Shown here in pieces: positions 39,919 to 54,569 of a stretch of DNA of 64,000 nucleotides. The position numbers and the translations under genes are program-made. The number at the start of each line of letters is the position of its first letter. Position 1 is the stretch's first letter. Source of the DNA: Eledone cirrhosa (taxonomy: Eukaryota); the NCBI GenBank assembly GCA_964016885.1, contig OZ024740.1, positions 258,602,001 through 258,666,000 on the forward strand, in the 5' to 3' direction. The notes under the pieces are model-generated. The model saw nothing but the letters and a program-made list of their open reading frames with translations. It searched no databases and was not told the DNA's origin.

Positions 39919-40339
39919 CCTTGTCTGGCTTTCTGGAGAATAGAGGAAAGGTGTTTCCTCGAAAACCAGTATGACTCTAAAAACCGGTTTGTCTGTGTGT
40001 TTACATACAGAATAGCTGGACACTCACAGTAAAGTGTCCAGTGAAAAACTCGGTACATCTACATATGTACACGTGTGTGTATTCATATGCATACTAGTAT
40101 TTCAGTATACATATGTGGATGTACATTTTTAATTTAATTGTTTAAGCGTCAGTCATACAAAAGTGAGTTACAAACGAAACGAAATTTAATTTCGTTTCGT
40201 TATTTGTTTTTATCGTCTCCGCTGAACCGGTACGTACTCACGCTCTATGCAAATTAGTCTGCCCACTACTAATTTTCATAGAAAAAGCATATAACGATAT
40301 GTGCTTTTACGATTCTCTAGAAAGGCCGGAAGATAGGTA

Positions 40340-40384
40340 AATATTGCTGATGAGATGTAACAACATCGAAACTAGTCCAATATT
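40340..40384 (+). ncRNA. Type I hammerhead ribozyme (inverted arm, unit 6)
   Basis: Same sequence as unit 5, +466. Confidence 0.9.
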
Positions 40385-41235
40385 CCTTGTCTGGCTTTCT
40401 GGAGAATAGAGGAAAGGTGTTTCCTCGAAAACCAGTATGACTCTAAAAACCGGTTTGTCTGTGTGTTTACATACAGAATAGCTGGACACTCACAGTAAAG
40501 TGTCCAGTGAAAAACTCGGTACATCTACATATGTACACGTGTGTGTATTCATATGCATACTAGTATTTCAGTATACATATGTGGATGTACATTTTTAATT
40601 TAATTGTTTAAGCGTCAGTCATACAAAAGTGAGTTACAAACGAAACGAAATTTAATTTCGTTTCGTTATTTGTTTTTAATTATAAAATCTTTATTTGAAA
40701 AAATCGGTTTTTTTACATTGTGTTTTCCCCTTCAAATACTTGCTTATATTTCTTTATATATTCTCTATATATTTTTTTATATATATATTTTTTATCTTTA
40801 TTCTTATTTTCACTTTTATCCTCCTTTATATTTTACCTTATTCTTACTTTTATACCTTATTATAGTGAAATCTTCCCCATGCCTTATTATACATTATTAA
40901 TTATAGATTATTATTATTACTCTTTTTCCATTTCTAATTACCTCATGTACTTTCTCCTCCGTTATATATATATATATAGTGTATGCCCTTTGTGTTTGTG
41001 TAGCCTCTGCACACCCTCTGCACCCTACTATCGACGCCACCCCATCTATGGTTCAGCTAACCACTCGACTCCCGGGAATGAATATGACCGCAGCTAGTAA
41101 ACAAGGACCCACACCCCACTCTCCCGCACCAAAATTAGACTTATCGTCCCCTACTTTTGCTCTTTACTCTCTTTACTCTTTGTTCTTGAATGTTTGGTTG
41201 GTAGAGTCCATAACACCAATCAAACCCCTTTTATA

Positions 41236-41280
41236 GCTCTGACGAATCCTACGGTTACGTAAGGAAGAAACATTGTAAGC
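41236..41280 (+). ncRNA. Minimal hammerhead ribozyme (probable PLE pLTR)
   Basis: gct-CTGACGA-a-tcctacg gtta cgtaagga-a-GAAAC att GTA-agc. Confidence 0.65.
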
Positions 41281-41499
41281 CAATACAAATCTTTTGATGT
41301 TGTAGACGCTCTTGTGTTCTTTATCATATATATATATACATATATAAATATATATATATGTGTATATATATATATATGTATATAGGAACCAGTTATTCCT
41401 ATTACCAACTCAACTACCCTAAGTATTGAGTACTTTGGTGCGTTATGGTCCACCTGGTTCCTTACCACATTTCCTTCCACATTTCCTTCGTTAAATATG

Positions 41500-41530
<31 letters not shown>

Positions 41531-41553
41531 GTGTGTACATATATATATATGTG

Positions 41554-41674
<121 letters not shown>

Positions 41675-41713
41675 TATATATATATATATATATATATACA
41701 GTATATATATGTA

Positions 41714-41746
<33 letters not shown>

Positions 41747-41761
41747 GTATATATATGTATA

Positions 41762-41850
<89 letters not shown>

Positions 41851-41885
41851 CAAATAGAGAAAAAGTATTTAAAAATATATTAAAA

Positions 41886-41932
<47 letters not shown>

Positions 41933-42165
41933 GGACCTATAATAACACACACACACACACAGATGTGAGCAAAACCACAGACCCTCCATCTCAACTCTAC
42001 TTTTGAAAAGCAGAAGAACTGCGAAACCGGTAAAGGAACCAAATAAATATATATATTTTTTTAAATAAGACTCCAGTTGCATTTTCGATTTCACCTTTTT
42101 TTCTTTATACTTTCACTAGTGTAGGACACCTCGGTTATTTTTCATTTTGTAAAAAAAACCTTCAC

Positions 42166-42219
<54 letters not shown>

Positions 42220-42420
42220 TTAGTTATACTATTTATGGTTATGTAAACACAAAACCTTAAGCAGTTGTAAGTATTTTACACACACCCTAAATAGTGGTAG
42301 GCAGTAATGTATTACTACCTTATTACCAGTAAGTTAAGTAGCTCAATGTAAAAACATCAGATGATTTACAGAGCAGTTATATGAAATATAAGAATCAAAG
42401 AACTGTTCAAAACATTATTG

Positions 42421-42467
42421 TGCTTACAGCTGTTTCCTCCAAACCGAGGTTTGGATTCTTCGGAGCA
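42421..42467 (-). ncRNA. Degenerate hammerhead ribozyme
   Basis: tgct-CCGAAGA-a-tccaaac ctcg gtttgga-g-GAAAC agct GTA-agca; one core substitution (CCGA for CUGA). Confidence 0.55.
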
Positions 42468-43911
42468 ATTTATTAATGCATGGACAGTTATATGACCTCC
42501 TTTTCAGCCGAGAGACATACCAACACATATTCAAACATTGATACATATTCAAACATTGTGAGTCAACATTCATTACAGAATTTAGATTGGCAGTACACAC
42601 TTTGAGATTACATTTATATTAATAGGTACAATCAAAAATCAAAGATATAGGTTAAAGTACAACATGAAGATAAGTGGTTATATAGTGCAAATGTTATATG
42701 TGTGGCACGCATGTGCGTCTTGTTTATATAGTGTGGCAGAGAGATATGTGTGGTAGAGGCACTTAGGTAGGTAAATAAGAGTGTTAGGTTGGTAGATCTG
42801 GTGGCAAAGTCTTTATATGATTGATATAGTCTGTGTGTGGAGAAATATTATAAGCATTAAAGATAGTGCAAGCATTAAAAGTGTTATAAGTATTGGAGAT
42901 GCACAGCGCAGGGATGTCAAGTAATTCATGTACTTCGGCATTTTCATGGTCAAGGGAGTGTATATTTCGATTATATGCCTTTCACATAATCCACGACAAT
43001 CCAGTTAGAGATCGTAGTCTGGTGTTCTTTAGTTCGATACAGGAGGTTGTTACGTTTCGAGAAACGCCATTGAATACCGGAAGTGTGTGTGTGGCTAAGG
43101 GGAGTTAATGCATGCGGGGAGGTAACTCTGGGGTTTCTATATCTAGCCATTAAAATGTGTCCCAATATAGACCCTAAATTCTATGGTGAGGTGCACCTTC
43201 CAAGAGAGACTTTTAAAGCATAAAGTGTACTAACTATAGAGTAGTTTAACTAAATTATGCTGAAGGTGATCATATTATTATTAAGGTGGATTAACCCATC
43301 TTAAGGTGCTACAAATGGAAATTATAGATGATGAGCGAGGATTCTAAATTAATGATCTCTGTGGTTGTAGTCTGCTCATATGACTAGGCGCGGTGACTGC
43401 AGGATTGCTTCAGGACCCAATGATCTCTGGTAAGATCTGGGTCATCGCTTGCTTACATTGGATGTCGAAAGATAATCATCCCCAGGCAGGCCAAAGGTCA
43501 ATCCGCAGTCCTCGCGACCCCTCTCTGACCGTCAGATCATCCATATACGTACAACCCGCACGGCAGTTGCATTGCATTCACTCACTGCGCTCAGCAGCCC
43601 GGTCCTACTGGTCAACAGCGCTACTCGATTAAATCATTTTACATCTGTCTAAGGAAGGTGTTTCCTCTGCCCAACACCATCCAACCGATCAATTCATGCT
43701 CAAATTACCCTTAGAGCGGTGTAGTGCCGTCCAAGTGGGTGGATGTTGTCACACCTGCCGTAGAGGTATAAATGGGTATTTTCCCTGCGAAGGGTTCCAG
43801 AGGGATGTCGTTGTTTGTGTTATAATGGATCAGCTAGTGTTGGGTATGTAGTATAGGGTGTGTCTCTGGTGTTTGATGCTAGATGTGGTGTTAGGTTCCA
43901 GTCCGACATTG

Positions 43912-44690
43912 CTATATATAGGGCTTAAAGTTTTGGAAGGAATGTCTGAGGCGGTGCTGGCAAGTTGCAAACACCTCAGATTTTTTGTTAAGTAGGTTAC
44001 GGTTGGAGAAGATAATATTGTGTGTCTCTAGTATACAGAGGTTACAGAATTTATTAGGTGGTTTGTACGAGGTCGCGCTGCCTATCACTTCCCATTTGAG
44101 TGTGTATGGTTTATTTTTAGATTTTAGATAGTGTATGTAGCTAGAAAGTGAGGTGGAGTTGGCTAGGCTGTGCTTTTTGAACGAGTGGATGTGCGAGTTA
44201 TATCTGATTTTGAAGCAGTTAGAAGTGGAGCCTACATAGGTTTCTGAAGAGTTATTAGTCGTGACTGTGCATGAGTATATGACATCCTTGGTTAGGCATT
44301 TTTTATCTAAAGGGCAGGTTCTATTAGCTCTACAGTTACAATTATTCTGTGCGTTAGTCCGCTGGTTATAATGCAATGCGGAAGTCTGTGTGGTGGATAT
44401 AGGATTTTGGGTGTTCGGGTTGACAACCCTGGTGTTATTACTTATACTAGTGTTATTTCTATTGTTACTGCCGTTGCTATTGTTGCTTGCTACAGTGGTA
44501 TTTAGAGGGTTTGCATCCCGTTGTGATTTTGTTTGTTGGAAGTAAGAACTAATTTTACTATTATTGCTGCTAGCTATGTGGTATGCTAAGTTAGGCGTCG
44601 TAGAGTATGAGATTTTAATGGTGTTTTTGTTTAAGAGGTTGTGGTACTTGTGTCCTAGAGGGAAGTTTTTATCTAGTAGTGAGAAGAAAG

Positions 44691-44691
<1 letters not shown>
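43912..44691 (-). mobile_element. Naiad-type Penelope-like element, 5'-truncated, open thumb-linker-GIY-YIG frame
   Basis: FFSLLDKNFP..LLNKNTIKISYS, CNCRANRTCPLDKKC (CxCx5C), VIYSC..YVGSTSNCFKIRYNSH, CNLCILE, LLNKKSEVFATCQH. 5' end abuts (TA)n. Confidence 0.9.
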
Positions 44692-44725
<34 letters not shown>

Positions 44726-45874
44726 CATTCAATGGAGCGAGAAGTTAATATATTTTCGTCCAGATAAGCATAGAAGCTACAAACGTGCGACGCCATGAAA
44801 AACGACCAAAGGCAGTGGCCATACTTATACCACAACAACGATAAATACAAATAGGTTGAAGCCTAACCTGGACCTTCTCAAGTTGATTGGAATCGATAAA
44901 AATTGATAAAAATGTTCTAGATGTTTCTGGGACCTCTGGAAGCTACACCACAATTTGCATAAAGCATAAATAGTAATTCTGCCTATATATATATATATAC
45001 AAATAAATTATCGGGAATCGGAATCTCGGCCCACGAAATAACGAAACACAATCTTCGAAATCCGTGGCAAAGGGCTCAATAGTTTGGATAAACCAGAGCT
45101 ATAACTAACGTTTAAATAACAACACACAGAGACAATGCTTAAAATCATTCGCACAGCCGAAAAAACGACCAAGAAAATTCGGGTCAGACAAATAATAATA
45201 TAAATGAATGAAAAATCTTTACCCGGACCCGCTAGAAAGATGGTAAATTCCAGCATTTTGGTTTCTGCGGCTCCTAAATCAGTTACCGTCAGCCTACATA
45301 AAAATATATCCGCTTCTGGTAGAATGATGAACGAGGAAACCACTTTCTCAACAGGCATTTCGTTCAAAAATACAAAGGTACCCGTTACTAAATCCACGTG
45401 GGGTCTAGCAAGGGAGAGAACCCCTATATTAGGCGAATGAATTCAGTAGTGTATATTATTGTAAAAATACAAAATATCACATATGGAATTAGAGTTCTCA
45501 ACAGACGGGTTAAAATTAACATGAGCTAGTAATCAGTCAATAAGATCAACTAAAAAATCAATAAAATTAACTGGCCAATAGCTAAAGACTGGAGATAAAT
45601 ACAAATAAATTATCGAGAATCGGAAACATATATATATATATATATTTGTCATATTTTCCTGAGTCAGTTTTCTCGTTGCTTTGGTCACTGCGGCTGGCAT
45701 ATCGGTCGCTGTCTTCATTTTGAAAAGCTGTCTAAACGTAATGTTATTACTCTAAGGTAAAATACCTTATTGAGTGCTTAGTTGTACATTCCGATTGCAT
45801 TCGTTAGCTTAGCTGCAGCCAGAGCTTCGATTATGCTGTACTTCCATTTCTATATATATATATATATATAGACA

Positions 45875-46400
45875 TTGCAATTCTTCTGTGCCCATGGGTG
45901 ACCGACCTGTGGAATTGTGTCGAACAGTTACTGTCACGTGTGGGACGCATCCAGTTGTCAGCCGAGTCCATCGTGAAGATCACCCCGCCGCCTTTATTTA
46001 AGAATGAAGGAGAGGCGGTTTTCCTCTGTCTGGTGGCTATGGCGAAACAAGTCATATGGTGGATGAGGTTGAAAGGACTAAGGGCAAACACCTTTCTCTC
46101 CGGACAACAACTCATCCTCTTCTTTATGTACGACTTCAGAAGGAAGGTGAGAGGGGAGAGAGAGGTACTACACCCCAGTAAATTCACTGAAAGGTGGGTG
46201 AGTGTGGCGAAAACAGCCCGAGTAAATGGGCCTTCTCTGTATATAAACCTGTAGGTTGAGGAAGATAAATGGGGATTCAAATTGTTTTATTTTATATTTA
46301 GTTTATTGTTATTCATCATTTTTTTTAATTTTATGTAAAACCCTCGCTGTCACGTCTTCTAATGTTCCATTTTTGTGCGCCCCTGTGGCAAATAAAGAGA
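45875..46400 (+). mobile_element. Tx1-clade LINE 3' fragment ending in (TATC)n
   Basis: TDLWNCVEQLLSRVGRIQLSAESIVKI.. matches the ORF2 C-terminus of copies A-C. ccctgtggcaaataaaga then (TATC)n. Confidence 0.88.
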
Positions 46401-46481
46401 GATATCTATTTCTATCTATTTTTCTATCTCTATCTATCTATCTATCTATCTATCTATATCTAACTATCTATCTATCTCTCT

Positions 46482-47039
<558 letters not shown>

Positions 47040-47063
47040 GTGTGTGTGTGTGTGTATATATAT

Positions 47064-49020
47064 AATATTAATAAATGGAAGCTATCTTTATAAAACCATA
47101 TTTATTTTATTATATATATTTTAAGGGTACAAAAATGTTGGCACGCTCTCAACAGATAAAATACAAAAATTGGTTTATAGATAGTGACATATTCAGACAA
47201 GAACTTAATGTTGTGAGTTCTATTTGAATAGTGAACCCCCAAAAAATCTCAACATCACTTTCACATTTAATTTGGTCCTTAAAAGACAATAATATTGACT
47301 ATTCGATCTCTTGGAGAACGATTTCGAAAGCGCCCGCATACCAGAATATGTCTCTCTCAAGAATTTGTCATCTCTCTATTGAAGACATTTTTCACATAAT
47401 TACCAAACCTAAGAATTCTCTAAACAAAAAAAAAGAATTATTTAATTCTTGTTTGCATCGACAGTCCAAGACTTTTAAAAGTATCTATAATCTATAGAAA
47501 ATATTATATATAGCCTCTATATCTTACCTAGTTACAATTTATATGTCTTCGCTGTTTTTTCGTGAAAAATTATATTTAATTATATTTTTAAAGGTAATTT
47601 TGATGATTGCTAAACATTTTTCTAATAACATTTATAGGTCTTTTAAATGCATACATACAAATACTTAATATCATCAAATTTATACATAGGTATAAGTAAT
47701 TGTTTCTACTTTTGGCGCAAGGCCAGCAATTAACCAGTGTATTACTGGTACTTTATTTTATCGACCCCGTAAGGATGAAAGGCAAAGTTAACCTCGGCGA
47801 AATATATACATAACATTTTTATCCTGGAACTTATGTAATATATGATGCTTTAAATCTTATATAAAATAATTTTTCCATATACTACAATTAGAATATAATT
47901 TGAAAGTAAATGTGAGACTAAACGATAAATATAACTATAACTTAACTCTGTAAACTAATAAAAATTAGAGTTATCTTTTCCTTTGAAAAGAAACATGTTT
48001 ACATCTAAAATTTACGTAACATTTAGACTTTACATAAATATTAAAATTTCGTAGATTTATTTCTATCTTGATACAATTAGAATATAAAAAAATAATATAC
48101 ATCTTCTATACTAAAATAGAATTGCTTCCACATTCTTAAGCCATATATTGAAAATATAAATATATCTTCGCCTAACATATCATAACTTTTCTTATATAAA
48201 GCTAACCATAATTATTTATCTACTAAATACATAATATATATACTCACCAAAATTATTTATATATATACAAACTAACCTCTTATAATATAATAAAATATAC
48301 TTATAACTGCAATCTTCATAATATTAAAACACACCAATAGAATAGACCCAATCGAATATATAAATACAGGATACCTCTCATATTTTAAATTAATATTCTC
48401 TCACTTTAACACATTTATTTATAATTCACATGTTATATTGTATATACTTCCAAAATATATAATTAAATTATTAAATAAATAAAAATAAATATAATTATTT
48501 CATTCTCTTTACACCCTTGCAAATACGTTCCGGACAATTATACACATACATTCCTATAAATATTCTGTTAGTAGCTTAAATATTTTTTTCTTAAAATCTT
48601 TCCTTAAATTTTCTTCCACCCTAATAATAACCCCTATTTTCTATTCTTATTAAGAAATAATCCTAATTATTTAAATTTACCTAGCGTCTAAACATAACGA
48701 TCTTTTTTCAGTTTTAACGTTATCCTGATTAGCATCTTGTGATTTGAAGTTTTGTTGACTATTCAAATAGAACTCACAACATTAAGTTCTTGTCTGAATA
48801 TGTCACTATCTATAAACCATTTTTTGTATTTTATCTGATGAGGGCGTACCAAAATTTTGGTACCCTTGAAATTTATATAATAAAATAAATATTGTTTTAT
48901 AAGATAGCTTCGATTTATTAATATTATTGATCTTATACTCCAGAAGAAAACTGTTGAGTGCTTCTAATCTGTTATAAATTAAATTTGTTGAATAATAAAC
49001 AAATTAAATAACTCATTGCT
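47064..49020 (+). mobile_element. 5'-truncated Naiad-type PLE with inverted 5' pLTR piece, long AT-rich 3' UTR and HHR
   Basis: STSLSHLIWSLKDNNIDYSISW..CHLSIED..LNKKKELFNSCLH (47231-47497). 47064-47235 is an inverted copy of ~48755-48926. HHR at 48827-48887. Confidence 0.82.
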
Positions 49021-50001
49021 TATATATATATATATATATATGAATGTAATCTGAGTTTTTCGAATATTAATAACATTCGATTTGTTTGCAATTATGCAAA
49101 CAAGCCTCAATTTTAAGCCATGTCATTCTTGCTCTTGTGTTGGCATGCGGATAGAACTGCAGACACTAATGCTTCTGGGTATCACCCTTCATCAGTACAA
49201 CTCACTGTTCACCTACCAAATTCTCAGGGCTAGTGAAAATATATGCTATTTTCAAAAATACGCAGTGATGATCGGACTGACTTGCCTATTAGCAGCCTGG
49301 CTGATCAGTCGGGCTATTAGAAATACTGGGTAAATATTCTGTGGCTGTTGATCGCGGATAAGAGAGCTATCGTTTATTTATCTATTGTTTCTTCAGAGCT
49401 GCTTTTTAGACTTATAGCCTTGTTTAATTGATTTTTTGTGTGGTTGATTATGCTGATTGGGAGAGGAAATACTGTATATATTTTATCAAATGATTCTATG
49501 GAGGTACTTTCTTGTATATCTATCTATATATATCTATATATATATATCTGCTACTACCTCTCCTATTTCCTCCCGTTTGACCTGTGCGTAATTCTTTTCT
49601 CGCGCACGCTTGACCAGGCTGGTTGTTCCTTTTTTCTCTCTTGTCTACGATTTCACAGAACTCATGTTCACCGAATTCAGGGACTAGACTCCTTCTTCCT
49701 CTGGTTTGACCTGTGCGGAATTCCTTCCTTGCTCACATTTCGACTAGGTTTGATGGTCTTTATTCTCTCTCGTTCACGATTTCACCGAACTTATATTCAT
49801 GGAAATCTGGGACATGACTCTTTCTTCCTCACTTTTCGTTGCATTACCATCTTTGTTTGTTTACAGTCTCGCTCGTTCCCCTTATTTACGTGTCCCAACA
49901 ACTTTCTTTAGTCGTTGCTCGCACCAACCGGAGGTATATGGTCTTTAAAGCGATAAAATACCATTGAAGGTTGGAAGATCACTGATGAAGGACTAACTTT
50001 A

Positions 50002-50062
<61 letters not shown>

Positions 50063-50111
50063 AAGTAATTAAATCAAATATTTAAGATTTGGTTTCGTTT
50101 ATTAAAGATGT

Positions 50112-50166
50112 ACTGCTATATATATTTCGGTGACAGCCATCATTGTCTGTGACCTCTTCAGGCAGT
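50112..50166 (-). ncRNA. Hammerhead ribozyme in fold-back element ~50056-50450
   Basis: actgc-CTGAAGA-ggt..gaca..tgtc-acc-GAAAT atat ATA-gcagt. 50059-50120 is an inverted copy of ~50288-50349. Confidence 0.7.
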
Positions 50167-50775
50167 TCGAATTGGTGTGGTAGAGACAGGTACACATGTT
50201 GTTAAAGTGTTTTGCTCCGTCAATACGCCGATATGTCCAGCTCCTGGTTGGGTTGTTATTTCTCTGAGGAACTGGAATCATATGATATGTAGCAGTACAT
50301 CTTTAATAAACGAAACTAAATCTTAAATATTTGACTTAATTACTTTATTCTACATTACTCCGGAGTAACCAAACCAACGTGCATACTTCGTCGAGTGCTC
50401 CAATCTGCATACTGAGGTGTCGGTAAACAACCAACATATACTCAACATTTTTATATATATATATATAAGGACCATTTGTTATATCTTCATTCCGTTTATT
50501 GAGCAGTATCTGCATCGATCTGGCCCGACTCTGGAATCAAAAGCACAGGTCCGAAGAGCTTTTGATTCCAGAGTTGGGCTAGATCGATACAGATCGAACC
50601 TTGAGCTGATCAATAGCGTAACGTGCGACACTACTCAATAAACGAAATGAAGACATAACAAATCGTCCATACATTATTATAATTACACTCTGTGTTACAC
50701 CTTTTTACAGACTGGAAACTATGCATCGAGTACTCATTCAGGTGAACCTACAGCAACTGCAGGTTACATTCCCTG

Positions 50776-50857
<82 letters not shown>

Positions 50858-50887
50858 TGTGTGTGCGCGTGTGCGCGCGCGCGCGCG

Positions 50888-50976
<89 letters not shown>

Positions 50977-50999
50977 GTGTGTGCGTGTGTGTGTGTAAC

Positions 51000-51853
51000 T
51001 ATCCTAAAACTAATACCAAATATAGAGAATTAATGCTAGGTTAGTAATTCAGAGAAATCAAACCGTAAAAGCCCTCCACCGTACGGATGCTTATTCAGAA
51101 GACCAAAGACATGACTAGTAAACCAACAGTGCAGCACTCCAGCGGTGATATATCAAGCAGATGTGACCTCCACCAACTAGAACCATGAGACTGAAATCTG
51201 GACTTCTCAGAATGTCCGAGAGTCGGTTCAAAAGCCGATACCTGAACTATGAAACAAACTTCAGCATCCTGACAAATAACATGTTCGCAAACCATGTATG
51301 GAGTCTTGAAAATAACGGCCCACCGTTTTCCGTTAAATATGAGAAAAATCTACCCCCTATAATAATGGGGAGAAGTTTTGCCGGCTATATAACTCAGAAA
51401 AGTGGCATATACACTTACTAATTGCTTCAGTGAAATACTAGTTACAAACATGCCTTGACTGCTTCAGTCGCTGTCCGGGCGAAGCGAAATTCATTCTGAG
51501 AAAATGGTATAGATCAGACTAACTAATTTCAATATCAAGGAATACATTTTCTTTGAATTACTAACAAATTAGAATTTCAATGAATTCGATTTCTTTGAAT
51601 TACTAATTTAGCATAATTTCCTTACATTCGGTATTAGTTTTAGGATCAGTATCCACCTTTAACCCATCTAATAATTTTGTTTATTTATAGCTAATTTCGA
51701 AATTACCAACCCTTGAAGTGCTCTCATGTATTTTTTCAAAAAGATATTACATTCAACCGTTGTAGTGGCCATCTTTCTTTATATAACAAGCTGAATTAGT
51801 TAGAGTGTATAACCTAACGATACTTAAGTACCTCTATATATAACTGCTGAAAC

Positions 51854-51858
<5 letters not shown>
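51000..51858 (+). mobile_element. Naiad-type PLE remnant with inverted 5' piece, same family as 2700-3660
   Basis: NRKSPPPYGCLFRRPKT*LVNQQCSTPAVIYQADV, MSESRFKSRYLNY. 51001-51060 is an inverted copy of ~51588-51646. Confidence 0.78.
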
Positions 51859-51910
<52 letters not shown>

Positions 51911-52520
51911 TTACACACACACAAATATACGCACACGCGTTCGCATACATACATATATGTGTGTGTGTAAACGGTAAACAGAAATAACAACACAATCGGT
52001 AGAGTATATGGGTGGAAGGGATATATTAGGTTAACGCTTGATATAGCAGGAAGAAGGTCCTAACGTTTCGGACGCTAGTCCTTCACAGAATAAAGAATGA
52101 GAAATAAGATAGATTGCGGAGACGGGCGGGATGGAATTGGAAAAAATGTATTTAGATAAAAAATAACAGGTCCATTCATGTTGACGCACTCACAGATGCA
52201 CGCACACATAGTTATGTTTTCTATATATCATTTTAGTGGTAATAAGAGAAACACGTTAGTCATGGTTGAAAGCTATCTATCAGAATCTGATATGAGAAGT
52301 ATACGTGTATCCTACATAACTATAATAGTAATGGTAATAATAATAACAATGTTTCACATAGGCACACAATTAGTAATTTGGTGGAAGAAGCCAAGTCAAT
52401 AAAAGACCCCTGTACTTTTATGGCGCCTTATTTTATATACCCTGGAAGCATGGTAGTTTATCAGCGGGATTTGAACTCAGAACGAAAAAAGTCAGAATTA
52501 CAATATATATATATATACAT

Positions 52521-52591
<71 letters not shown>

Positions 52592-52672
52592 TATATATAT
52601 AATTCATATATACATATATGTATGTATGTTGGTGAGGTAGACACGAATAAATAGGATACGTGCATGTATATG

Positions 52673-52741
<69 letters not shown>

Positions 52742-53430
52742 ATATATATATATATGTATGTATGTATGTATAATGGTACACGTGTAAAAACCTGTATTCG
52801 TTTATTCTTTTAATATGTATTTTATATATCTATATATTTATTTATCGATTTCTTTCTTTTTTGTGTTATCTATGAAGGGGTGCACCACAAAAGAATAAAG
52901 ATCTTTGAATCTCAGTCACGACATGGAGTAGGAAATTTGAATAAAACACGTAACAAAATATCCCACAAATCACCTAAGCTCCCCACCCACCTACAACTAC
53001 ACTATAGACACCACAACCCACCACAACAATCCTCTGGATGCCAACTCGATTTTTGAGTTAATTTATTTATTTTCCTTTTTTTTGTGAGGGGGTTAAAGAA
53101 AAAATGCTCAATAAAGTAAACAACTATAAATAAATATTTAAGAAAATAGGTTCCGAAATGACTGTTTGGTTAAGATCTTCACTTTGCAACTATGTTGTCC
53201 TGGGTTCAGTCCCGCTTTACGTCATTCTGAGCAAGTATCCTCTTCTATAACATCTGGTTTATCAATATATACAGCAGTGTATTAGTCGCTGAGGAGGTAA
53301 ATAAACAGCCTCCCGTTTATTAAACTAACTGAAAATTTATAATAAATTGAGGTGAAAACCGACAGGGGCGTGAGTTTTTGTTGGCAGCGTGACCCTCCTA
53401 AAGTATAACAATATATCTTTCAACACGCGT

Positions 53431-53468
<38 letters not shown>

Positions 53469-54487
53469 AAAAATAAATCAATGAACGCCTACATACTTAT
53501 ACAATTTTTATTCGCTAACAATGTTTCATCCATACCGTGAGGCAGATAACCTCAGAGCGTAATTAATAAAAAATATAGTGCTGAATATATAGTGCTCTAC
53601 CAAGCTTAGTCACCAGAACAGTAGAGAAACTGTACAGGATAGCATGAGGGAGATTGGATAGGAGAAGGGTGGAGAGAAGGCGTACTGGGTTTAATAGTCA
53701 ACATTGTAACAAACCATGAGACTGGAGCATTTTCCCACAAGAGACTGGAGCATGTGAAGGCAAACAAAAGCAATCTTAAGCACATAAAGATAATTAAAAA
53801 AATATATATAAAAAAAGAGAATTTTAAGAGAAATAATTAAAAAATAATACTTAAAAGTAATTAAAAATAATTGGAAGTAATTAAAAATAATTAAAAAATA
53901 ATTAAAAAACTTTTAAAATATTTTAAAGCAATTGAAACATTTAAAAATTACAAAAATATAAGTAAAAATATTTTAAAATATTTAAAAGAAAATTTAAAAA
54001 TATTTTAAAACCTAAAAATTAAAAATTAAAGATTAAAAATTAAAATTTTTTTTTTAATTAAAAATTAAAGGATTAAAAGGTAATAACTAAAAAACACATA
54101 ATAGTAATTAAACAAATAGAGAAAGGAAAAAAATAAATTGAGGCATATGAAGGATCAACATATATATATATATATATATAACTGCGATGAATTATATATA
54201 AACAGGCTAAATAAATATGGCGTAGACATACAATGTAACGGGAGGAAACAATAGCACCACTGACAATGTTGCAGATGTGCAACGAAAGAACTTTGATAAA
54301 CTATATATATGTGTTTGTGTCTATACTGTATCTGTATTATTTTTTACCGTTGGTCAGTCAATGGCAACATTGAGGACCGAATAAATTAGATTACCGATAT
54401 AAAAGACACAGAAGCGAAAAGCGAAAACCAACCAAACAGTGTCATTAATTCTGGCAATATTACACAAATATGACCCTCCCCAAGTAT

Positions 54488-54569
<82 letters not shown>

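Larger units (their letters stand above)
37677..40678. mobile_element. Retrozyme-like insertion: 466-bp HHR-bearing tandem units, 4.3 in one orientation and 2.1 inverted, 13-bp TSD
   Basis: Period 466 (identical ORF-track hits at 37794, 38260, 38726, 39192 and inverted at 39841, 40307). Inversion junction ~39696-39711. TAATTATAAAATC at 37665-37677 and 40677-40689. Confidence 0.88.

Noticed and set aside
37794-40489. Six identical 60-aa ORFs (MSSYSVCKH..)
   Set aside because: GTG start, antisense to the hammerhead strand, no recognisable motif. A by-product of the repeat unit.
37677-40678. CRISPR array, ordinary satellite or TIR DNA transposon reading of the 466-bp array
   Set aside because: No unique spacers or cas genes. 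The two arms end at different phases so there are no true TIRs. The HHR and 13-bp TSD fit retrotransposition better.
43390-43800. Minus-strand YMDDL (~43530-43550) suggesting an RT remnant
   Set aside because: No other RT motif recognised nearby and stops surround it. Too weak to call.
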